DNA of 64,000 bases from Balanoglossus misakiensis (Eukaryota > Animalia > Hemichordata). How positions within the stretch are numbered: the first letter of the stretch is position 1; each line of letters begins with the position of its first letter. This document shows positions 30,995-40,476 of this stretch, in pieces. The stretch covers positions 5,729,808-5,793,807 of the forward strand of contig CM082585.2 in the NCBI GenBank assembly GCA_040954595.2, given 5' to 3'. A program made the translations under genes and the position numbers. The notes under the pieces are model-generated. The model did no database searches and had not been told where the DNA came from. It worked only from the letters and a program-made list of their open reading frames with translations.

Positions 30995-31217
30995 TCATGA
31001 AACCGGGAAATACACACACCTTAATTACGGATATCCTTTTAATTTATTGAAGAACACTTTTTCGTCTAGCTAAGGATGTAATAAAACATATAATACATGT
31101 CTCTCTCTCCCTGTTCCATTCGACGAGTCCAGGGCCAGTTTCTACTTTTATATTGCCTCCATGCAATGTTAGTTTAAGAATAAAAAATGACAGATATGCT
31201 AATGTTTACGTCTCTGT

Positions 31218-31220
<3 letters not shown>

Positions 31221-31249
<29 letters not shown>

Positions 31250-31601
31250 CATACATACATACATACATACGTACGTACGTACGTACGTACGTACATACAT
31301 ACATACATACATACATACATACATACATACATACATACATACATACATACATACATACATACATAGATACATAGATACATAGATACATAGATACATAGAT
31401 ACATAGATACATACATACATACATACATACATACATACATACATACATACATACATACATACATACATACATACATACACACATACACACATACACACAT
31501 ACACACATACATACATACATACATACATACATACATACATACATACATACATACATACATACATACATACATACATACATACATTTACATACATTTACAT
31601 A
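31221..31601. repeat. Compound (ACAT)n microsatellite with ACGT, AGATACAT and ACAC variant blocks
   Basis: Seen directly. Confidence 0.95.
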
Positions 31602-33738
31602 CAGCGTTTAAACACGTACAAGTACAACTTTATGGGTATATGTTGTACTAGACTTGAAATTTTCAGGAAAAGGAAATTTTTATTATCATTAAATTCACAT
31701 GTTTGAAATTTAGCACCACGTTTCGCGTGTAATGATATACGATGTCAACTGAATATTTTCCAAATCCTTATGATTTTTTAAAGTAGAGATTAACGAAAAC
31801 TTGGCAAGCAAAGAAGATTAATATTTGCTTTTCCTCGCGAGATTAAACTGTTACAACATTTCTGGTGCATGTTTGGTACTCAAGCGTAAGCAGATCCGAT
31901 TGTTTCAACTTACAACTGAATTATTCAAAAACAGGACTGGGCCATACCGATGAAATTCTGTGTTTTACCACCACTGAAGACAAGAACATCCATGAATTGA
32001 TCGAATGATGTTTTGCTTAGTGAAGGCGAGGTACCGGGGGTTGAGTTTGTTCAGCGTCTTGTCAAAAAGGCACATTGCATTCTGGGTCGGTGTTGTTCTG
32101 GGAAACTGCTGTCCTTGCGGAAGACATCAAAGACTACGAAGGCAAACCTTGAGAGTTCACCGGATGAGAAAATTTTCTGACAGAATTATCCTATGATGAC
32201 TGCAATTGCATATAATGACGCGAGCTCCACTTTCCAACAGTAGAGAGAAGGCAAAATACAACTGATATCGGGGCGAAATGATTGCCAAATTATCCTTGCG
32301 CAGTGCCCTACAATATGGCGCTACTTATAAACCTTGCAAAATCACAACTATTGCAATTACGTCGGTTCATGATCAGAGAAAGTCCTTATTCAATGGTCCA
32401 TGATATTCTATCGAATGCTTTGTTAGTCCAATCGCTTGAGAAGAATAGTGAAAACGCCTTCTCATGAACAGAGGACGATCATTAGGCAGTGTATGTAGTA
32501 TCTGACGAGATAGTAGTTTCTACTAACGCGAAACAGACCAGTAATACAGCACCTATGTCACAACAAATCTACAGTGCAGTTCCCTTCTACATTGCATTAC
32601 TACGCTCTGGATTTGCACCATACAAACTCAACAAAGCAAAATATTGTGCCTTCATTTGTATATCGTAAACTTTTCTGGGCTATTGAAGAGTATATTATAT
32701 TCCATATAGTCAAAACCTTCATTTTTGACCTTTGTGTATAACTGCTGTTCGGGGGGATTTTATGGCTCTAGGTTGTGTTTCACCGTCGAAAACAAGATTT
32801 CTGCCACGAACAGTAGGCGAGTCCTAATGTTAATTAAAATAAAACCATTTGGGAAAAAATAAATGCATGTCAAGCGTTTACAGATCATCGGGCGTTAAAT
32901 ATTACAAAATTCAATTACGCGTAAACTACTCAATCTAGCGTCCAGGGGCCTCTTGTGCACGATTCACGTTTTTGTTTCTTTACTGAGAGTGTAATACAGT
33001 CAGAGAAGTTATCGGGAAACTCGGCACAAATGTTCAAACACGTAGTATTTACTAGCGTTCTAAGGATTCTCTTTTCGGCGCTTTTAATGCATCCGTGGTT
33101 GGAAGCAGTTTATGGCGGCGATATGCCGCACCGTCCAAGCTAGGTATCCTGTCACGAAACACGACGCGAGTCGTAAAGTTTAAAATTGAAACCGCTCCCA
33201 GTTGAGAGAATAAAACGCCATGCCAAACATTTGCAGAGCAGCGGGCGTCAGCTATTACGAAATGCAATTACGCGCGAACTGTTCAATCTCGCGCTCGGCG
33301 GCCCCTGACCCCTCTTTTTGGAACGATTCGCGTTTTCCTTCGCTGCCGATCAAAATAACACGCGAAATTTTATTCATGGATGAAATGCCGGTTTGATGAA
33401 AAGAAGCGAACTGTCTCGTGTACTGTTGGTACATGTAATATCTCGATCCGCCATTTTCTATTTTCTCTTCTCCCCCTTGCCACTTTCCTTCCCACTTCAG
33501 ATTTCTGCGCTGACGCAGCCTTGGAAACCTCTCACGTTACCATTGCCACATCAATCATGTACAACGAAGCACGTATCTGATAAAACGTGTTATTCCAGTA
33601 TGCCATTTGACAGAAATACAGAAATGACAGCTTATAATAATGCTTTATTGCTCTTTTAGGCCTCCAGCCCATATTGCAAACTTATATTTATACACACAGA
33701 ATTTTACAGAGAGTACAAAAAGAGAAAAGAGATAAAAA

Positions 33739-36700
33739 TTACAAACATTCTTTTCTCAAACTGATTGCTTTGTGAACAAATAAGGCCAGATTTCGTATTT
33801 CTTTGTTATTTTCTGAAGCCATGAGTGAGTAATATTTTTCGGGTGTTGGAATTGTATATGACCATCTCGGTAAATACATGCTTCTTAAAGTCTGGTATAA
33901 AGGACAGATACAAATAAAGTGATATTCGTCCTCGATCTCAGTAGACCCACATACTCTGCAAATTCTATCTTCAAAGTCGATTCCCTGTGCCCTCCCCTCC
34001 TCAACTGCCAAATCAAAACCACAAGTTCTAAGACGAGCGAGGGCACTCCTTAGTTTGAAAACAATATTCAATTTTAAGTAGTTCTCTGTATGAAATGATG
34101 TTTTAAAGTTACAGTACAAACGAAGTTTACTCTTACTACAGGTGTCTGAGAACCAGTTTTGTTTGAAAATATCACTTGCTCTTGTCATAAAATTGAGAAG
34201 AAAAAGATCAAAATCCCCTGGGCCTTGCCATAGCCATACATCTCCAAAACCGTGTTCATGCAGAAGACATTTTACATTTGTTGCCCATGATTTTTTCCCA
34301 TTTTTGTCCAGTGCCACCGATAATTTGTAGGCATGTTTGGCTACTCTGTTTGTGGGCATTTTTAATAACTTGAACCAGTATAAAATAACTTTCTTAAAAG
34401 TGTGAATAAATATTGGATGTCTTCCACAATCTCCTAGAATGCAAGCATCTGGTGTAGTTGATTTAACGCCCATAAAGGCTTTACAATATTTCAGTTGTAC
34501 TCTTTCAGCAACTTGATATCTCTGATATCCCCATATTTCAGATCCATATGTTAAGACTGGCAAAATCATGGAATCAAAAAGTTTAAAATAGTCTTTAAAA
34601 GATAAAGTGCCACTGTTTTTAATCATACGGAAAATAGCGCCCATAGCTTTTCTGGCTTGGTCTGAGAGTACGGTAACAGCTTTACTCCAGATGTTTCTAC
34701 TTGAAATTATTAAACCTAAATATTTGTAGTAACTGACAGTTTTTAGTTGTTCTCTATTATAAAACCATTTTTCACATTTCTTTAAAACACCCCCTCTACG
34801 AAAAACAATTATTTGTGACTTTTCCATATTTACAGATAGTTTCCATTTATGACAGAAACATTCCAGTACTCTAATCAGTCTTTGTAGCCCAACTGGCGTA
34901 TCACTAAAAATTGTAACATCATCAGCATAAAGAAGTGCAAATAGGTCGTAAAGTTCTTGAGTGATTTGAATACCATGATTACCCGAATTTACTAACATAT
35001 TATTTAATTCATTGATGAACAGAGAAAAAAGAAAAGGACTCAACATACACCCTTGTCGAACTCCGACAGAGCAATTAAAGAAATCGGTTACTCCATTTCG
35101 ACTCTTGACACAAGATTTAACTTCTTTATAAATGGATTTAAGAATATTATACATTTTGCCCATGACACCCTCTAGACAAAGTCTATATAACAAGAGATTG
35201 TGATTTACTGAATCAAAAGCTTTACTGAAATCTACAAACAAACAATAGAAACGACCTTTTGATCTAGAAAGATATTTCTGTACCATAATGTGAAGAACAA
35301 AGATATTATCAACAGCGCTAAAATCACGTCTGAAACCAGCTTGACATTCAGTGATACAACCTTGCATTTCAGCCCATTTTACAAGTCTCTGATTTAGTAT
35401 AAAAGTAAAAATCTTGCTTAGACAATTCAATAAAGTGATGCCTCTGAAATTGTTTGGGTCATGTAAACTACCCTTCTTATGAAGTGGTACAATTATTCCC
35501 TTATTCCACTCGCTTGGAAAAACACCAGAGTCAAAAATGGCATTGAACGTGAAATCAAGTACCGTGATTAGACTTTGTTTTGCATTTCGATAAAATTCAT
35601 TTGGGATACCATCCGGACCCGGGGATTTACCAGCTTTTAACTTATTCAGTGCACAGACGATTTCTTGAGTTGTAATATGACTATTTAGAATCTCTTCAGC
35701 ATCGCTATTTAAATCTTCCGGGGAAGGGGCAAAGTTTTCTAAAAACTCTTCCACAGTAATATCAAACCTTGTTCTATGCCATTTTGGGTTATGGAGGGTT
35801 TTAAAATGATTTATCCAGTCACTAGAGGAAATATTTGAAAAAGATTTCATACCTCCCATAAAACGCTTAACATGTTGCCAGATATTTTGTCCCTGTGACC
35901 CAACATTTCTACAGATGGAGCTTTTAAAGCTTTCTTTGTTTACTCTACATATTGTTTTAAAGTTTGATTTCTGTTCTTTGTATATACTCAGACTATTCAT
36001 GTCATTTGATGCTCTGAAATTTCTAAGTGCTTTGTACATTTTTTTCTTAGCAGTTTCACAGTCTTTATTGAACCATTTTGGCTGCGATGATCTGGTTTTG
36101 TCTCCTGTAAATGTTTTGATGGTCATCTTCTGGTAATCGGTGGCAGCCCAATATAACAAATCATAAACTCCATTTATCAACTCATTTACATTTTGTCTAT
36201 CCCATTCAAGAACCCGCTTTACACGCTCTTCACCTTCCTTAGAAGCAATATAAGTATTGAAATTACCAAGTTTTTCTTTGTCCCATTTGAAATAAGAATA
36301 TTTATGCAAATCAACATCAATGACTTTTGATTTTGTATTTCTTACATGACGGCAAAACCGTTTAATATTTATGGTACACGCCAGAGGAAAATGATCAGAA
36401 TCACTCTTATCTTCGACACTGAACTCGGAGATGTCAGTAAAGAGTATGCTAGAAGCAATAATATAATCTACTACACTTGTCCCTCTATTTGCAATACATG
36501 TAAATTCCCCTTGGAGGTCTCTTCCCCATCTACCATTTAGAAAGTGAATAGAGTGATCCCGACACAGTTCCAATAGCCTTCTACCAAAAGAGTTAATCAC
36601 CAAATCTTTCGATTTTCGTTGAATATCAAAATTGTCCACCTCATAATTTTCTGGACTTAGTGGGATGTGCACAATCGAGTCGTTTAAAATAAAGTCATAA

Positions 36701-37227
36701 TCATGGGCAGTTCTGGCATTAAAATCACCCATAATCAACAAATTACATTCTGGGTGGTTAGATTTGAAATCAACAATCTGACGATCAAGCAGCTCAATAC
36801 CGTTTTTTTCAAAGACATAACTTTTTGAGCCTTCTGGGGGAATGTAAACGCAACCTAAAATTACATCAGTTTGAAAGCCAAAAACTTTACTATCTAACAT
36901 AAGAAACACAGAATCGGATAGATCGGAGTGCATTCTGGTTATACCAGCACAACACCAATCTTTGAGAAAAACAGAGACTCCACCACCCACTCTGCCTTTT
37001 CTGGCTGTTTTTTCTCTACACACATGGTAGGCTGTAAAACCATTTAGAATGCTGTCTGGAAGTATATCTTTGTGCAACCAGGTCTCAAGTAAACAGACAA
37101 CATCAAAATTTGCAAGATATTCAAGAAATGATGTACACGATAGCTTACTAGATAAACCTTGAACATTCCAAGAAATTAAACGAATACTCTCTCGACTACA
37201 GTGGTCCTTAGAACCTTGGCCACAATC
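33739..37227 (-). CDS. LINE ORF2: AP endonuclease, reverse transcriptase and C-terminal CCHC motif (1162 codons, no initiating AUG before the endonuclease)
   Basis: The frame stays open 50 codons upstream of the track's TTG start, up to the ORF1 TAG, and reads DCGQGSKDHCSRESIRLISWNVQGL...FDVVCLLETW. Endonuclease motifs: GDFNA, SVVDY, SDHFP. RT motifs: KSPGPDG, FVDFSKAFDSV, GVRQGCMLSP, LYADD, YKYLG. C-terminal motif: CRVC...EDEYHFICIC. Confidence 0.93.
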   Translation of the reverse strand, partial: DCGQGSKDHCSRESIRLISWNVQGLSSKLSCTSFLEYLANFDVVCLLETWLHKDILPDSILNGFTAYHVCREKTARKGRVGGGVSVFLKDWCCAGITRMHSDLSDSVFLMLDSKVFGFQTDVILGCVYIPPEGSKSYVFEKNGIELLDRQIVDFKSNHPECNLLIMGDFNARTAHDYDFILNDSIVHIPLSPENYEVDNFDIQRKSKDLVINSFGRRLLELCRDHSIHFLNGRWGRDLQGEFTCIANRGTSVVDYIIASSILFTDISEFSVEDKSDSDHFPLACTINIKRFCRHVRNTKSKVIDVDLHKYSYFKWDKEKLGNFNTYIASKEGEERVKRVLEWDRQNVNELINGVYDLLYWAATDYQKMTIKTFTGDKTRSSQPKWFNKDCETAKKKMYKALRNFRASNDMNSLSIYKEQKSNFKTICRVNKESFKSSICRNVGSQGQNIWQHVKRFMGGMKSFSNISSSDWINHFKTLHNPKWHRTRFDITVEEFLENFAPSPEDLNSDAEEILNSHITTQEIVCALNKLKAGKSPGPDGIPNEFYRNAKQSLITVLDFTFNAIFDSGVFPSEWNKGIIVPLHKKGSLHDPNNFRGITLLNCLSKIFTFILNQRLVKWAEMQGCITECQAGFRRDFSAVDNIFVLHIMVQKYLSRSKGRFYCLFVDFSKAFDSVNHNLLLYRLCLEGVMGKMYNILKSIYKEVKSCVKSRNGVTDFFNCSVGVRQGCMLSPFLFSLFINELNNMLVNSGNHGIQITQELYDLFALLYADDVTIFSDTPVGLQRLIRVLECFCHKWKLSVNMEKSQIIVFRRGGVLKKCEKWFYNREQLKTVSYYKYLGLIISSRNIWSKAVTVLSDQARKAMGAIFRMIKNSGTLSFKDYFKLFDSMILPVLTYGSEIWGYQRYQVAERVQLKYCKAFMGVKSTTPDACILGDCGRHPIFIHTFKKVILYWFKLLKMPTNRVAKHAYKLSVALDKNGKKSWATNVKCLLHEHGFGDVWLWQGPGDFDLFLLNFMTRASDIFKQNWFSDTCSKSKLRLYCNFKTSFHTENYLKLNIVFKLRSALARLRTCGFDLAVEEGRAQGIDFEDRICRVCGSTEIEDEYHFICICPLYQTLRSMYLPRWSYTIPTPEKYYSLMASENNKEIRNLALFVHKAISLRKECL

Positions 37228-38448
37228 CTATCTCAATTGACTTTGTTTAATGACAGAGTCTGTATATTTATCATAGATATACACTACTTTAATGTCATGT
37301 TCATATGCTACAAGTTTCTTATAATTTACAAATGCCTTTATGCCAAGTCCCAACAATTCCTTACGCTTACCGAAAAGTTTCTTTCTGATGAAGCTTGTCT
37401 CTGGAGAAAAGTGTTCATCCACGTAGATATTTGTACCGCGCAGCGCCTTTCCCCTTGATAGTATCTTTTCTTTGTCTTTTAGCTTGCTGCACATTGCGAC
37501 GATGGGTCTGTTGGTACGAGTGCCCGTTGATAAACGGTGTACTCGTTCGAATTCAATGTTGTCCGTAATGTTCATCCGTTCCTTGATCAAAGTCTTTATT
37601 TTCTGTTCTGTTTCTTCCCATGTTTCTTTCTCGTCTTCTTCAACCCCACGAAAAACAAGATTGTTTCGTTTGGACCGGTCATCCATCTCTGCTTTCGCAT
37701 TTCGTAGATTTCCCATTTCGACTTCCATTTTGGCGATGTCTTTTTCTAAATCATCCATCTTTTTGAGTTTTTCTTTGTTTCCTTCAGCAATTCGTCTGAC
37801 ATCGTCCATCGAGTCTTCCATATTGTTAAGCTGTGTTTCTATATTTTCTATCTTCTTATTTAGCGCTTTAGTGTCTCTTTTCAGCTCTCTCATGTTGCTT
37901 TGTATGTCTTTCAGCATATCGGTGATATCGTCCGTTTTTGTTGCCGATTTGAGTTCCCCTGTTTTAGTAAGCGTTGCTTGACGAGTCTCAGGCCCAGGGT
38001 TCATTTCAACGTCTCCAGAAAGCTGTATAAGTCTGCTTATAAATGGGTTTCTCCTTGCTGGCATGTCGATATAGCACTGCAATGCTACGGCGGAGCATGT
38101 GCACGGTAGAAAAAGAGTTCCAGTACACTGAGTGTCCAGTCCGCTGTCTGTGTCGTTTCTCGCCGTTTCTTGCAAATGTATTCCAAATTTATATTCGGCG
38201 GGAAAGGATGTTATTTTGCCAGTTGTCAGCAACCAATGGTGTAGGTTCTCAGAACTGTGAACAATGGTCCATGCACCAATTGATATGTAAATACATACAA
38301 ATATGCAGCTGGCCATCCGGAATGCAAACTCGTTTACTGAAGTCCATTTCGAATACGGCGTATACTTGGAGATTTCTACACCTCGCCAACATTTTGGGTG
38401 AGTAAACGTTCCAATGGCGGACCTCCACTGCAAAATATCCATACCCAT
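37228..38448 (-). CDS. LINE ORF1: hydrophobic leader, 2A-like peptide and L1-type ORF1p (coiled coil plus RRM)
   Basis: 406-aa ORF. GDVEMNPGP occupies residues 145-153. A heptad coiled coil (MLKDIQSNMRELK...EMGNLRNAK) is followed by RNNLVFRGVEE...FERVHRL...RPIVA...IYVDEHFSPET, typical of L1/Transposase_22-type ORF1 proteins. Confidence 0.88.
   Translation of the reverse strand: MGMDILQWRSAIGTFTHPKCWRGVEISKYTPYSKWTSVNEFAFRMASCIFVCIYISIGAWTIVHSSENLHHWLLTTGKITSFPAEYKFGIHLQETARNDTDSGLDTQCTGTLFLPCTCSAVALQCYIDMPARRNPFISRLIQLSGDVEMNPGPETRQATLTKTGELKSATKTDDITDMLKDIQSNMRELKRDTKALNKKIENIETQLNNMEDSMDDVRRIAEGNKEKLKKMDDLEKDIAKMEVEMGNLRNAKAEMDDRSKRNNLVFRGVEEDEKETWEETEQKIKTLIKERMNITDNIEFERVHRLSTGTRTNRPIVAMCSKLKDKEKILSRGKALRGTNIYVDEHFSPETSFIRKKLFGKRKELLGLGIKAFVNYKKLVAYEHDIKVVYIYDKYTDSVIKQSQLR
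37990..38016 (-). other. 2A-like ribosomal StopGo motif GDVEMNPG|P
   Basis: Exact match to the D(V/I)ExNPGP consensus, preceded by RLIQLSG, as in retrotransposon 2A peptides. Confidence 0.88.
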
Positions 38449-40363
38449 AGTTTCTCTGACACTTATGTCACCGGATAGAACCGACTTTCGTACTGAAGAC
38501 TTTCGTTCTTCCAGAGAAAAGTTGAAATTTGTGAGAGCTCAGAATTCTGCTTGTTCAACGTACTCTCTGTAACAGCCAAATATCTTTGCGCAGAGGCGAT
38601 ATCATAGCCAATGAGGTCTAACCGAGGCGTGATTATTGCTAGTTGAAAACTTACCACCAAATACAGAAATGAGTCTAAAATCAACACTATCAGCAGGTTT
38701 TATCGGAGGAAAACTGAGCTGACATACGCATATTGGCCTACACTTGAAATATAACCCATCGTTCACTCAAAAAACATCTTTCAAAATCGATGAGAAATTT
38801 AGAAAGGTTCTCAGTCAGCACTGTTATAGTGCAAAATTTGTATTCTGGTCCGGACTAGATTTCATTTGTAAAAAACAGCAATAACGGCAGTTAAATACAT
38901 AGAGGCTACGTTGACAAGTTGGGTACTGGGTATATCATCGTGTTGTTTGGAATAGAACACGAAATTGCATTTTGTACACAGAACAGAAATACAGAAAAGA
39001 ATCTTCCATCCAATAAAACTGGTTATACACATAGTCCCCATATCCAGCGTCGTCCCCAGCTATGACGTGTCTCGTCTCGGAAAAAACACCTCATAAAACC
39101 AAATCCTAAAGTTACACGCATTTTAAAGATTTCTATTATTCATCAAACCCAACGGTCGTCTGAACAGTGTAATGGGTAACAAGATATGGCGATGTTTTTT
39201 GCATGAAGGACAGTTTACCATTTATCACATACTTGTAAACTATCCGATAGCACATAGCTTTTCCAAGAAACGGTTGCTTGTTACATGCATGTTTTTTACC
39301 TGTCAACGCAAATCCGACGTATACATTTACGCTTAAGTACATGTAAACCGACACTTGATTTAAAGCCCCATGAAACGAAACCCCTTTCAGTGTGTTTTCA
39401 TGGTTTTTCATTTAAACGAAGAGTATATTATGTATGAGTGTATACCAAGCAAACTTTGCATACTTGAGTCACGTATTTCATTCAGGAAATTATTTCTCGC
39501 TGTTCAAATACCCTGTACAATGTCACGTGTTTACATGTGTTTAAAGAATTCATTTCTGAAATAGGACAAGTACATGTACCATTTTAAACTAAACATATCA
39601 ATACAAAAAGTCAAGGTTATTCAGGGCAATTTTTGAGAAGCAGGGGGGATTTTCAATTTTCTGCAGGAGTGATTAGTAAAATATGAAGGTATAATTTATA
39701 ATTTACAATTATTGCGAAAATCGGAATCGTTTGTTATATATACAGTCGATTAGCATCAAATATTTACGTTGAAAACGTTTAATATCTCCAACGGATTATG
39801 TACGAATTTGTTTAATCGGTTCATATATAATAATTTATGATACGCATGCGCTGTGATGTAAAATTGATAATATATTCAGCTCACTCGTTCGATGGTAGAA
39901 ATAGTGGAAAATGCAATGTTTACCCGAAGCTGCCAAATATTTGCGCTTGATTCGAAGGTATTGGGTTTCAGTCGGAAGATGACTCGACTGCGTGTACAAG
40001 ACAAAGTACTTCACAGCAAAGTGAAGTCCATTAGGGAACAAAGCTGGCTGATTTCATCTTACCTCAGTCTTAAGTAGCAAATTAGCCATAGGCGTTCGCC
40101 AGTCAATTTAACATGGTTAATGTTCTGAGTGTACTCCGTTATAAAATGTTTCCCAAGGTAGGCATTGTTTTTGGGGAATTGAATTTGACATTGTGAGTGC
40201 ATTTGTACGTCAAATGGTGACTGTAGAATAAAATCGCATTTGGTGCATAATTCTAGATAATATAACGCCCTAAAGCAAACATTGAAACGTTATGTCTGAG
40301 TATATGCTTTTGATTTTGTGTGACACACACAAAATCAAAATATCAACGAATTTCAGTTCTGCA

Positions 40364-40379
40364 TGAGAGAGAGAGAGAA

Positions 40380-40474
<95 letters not shown>
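40364..40474. repeat. (GA)n microsatellite
   Basis: Seen directly. Confidence 0.95.

Positions 40475-40476
<2 letters not shown>

Larger units (their letters stand above)
33625..38982 (-). mobile_element. Full-length non-LTR retrotransposon (APE-RT LINE, RTE-X-like by motif recall)
   Basis: ORF1 at 37228-38448 and ORF2 at 33739-37227 are both uninterrupted. The short 3' UTR has AATAAA (33644-33649, - strand). The 5' end is ambiguous (38658 or 38982) because there are two candidate target-site duplications. The clade call needs an RT phylogeny. Confidence 0.9.

Noticed and set aside
33739-37077. The track's TTG start for ORF2 at 37077
   Set aside because: It lies inside the endonuclease domain, just after ETW, and the open frame extends to 37227.
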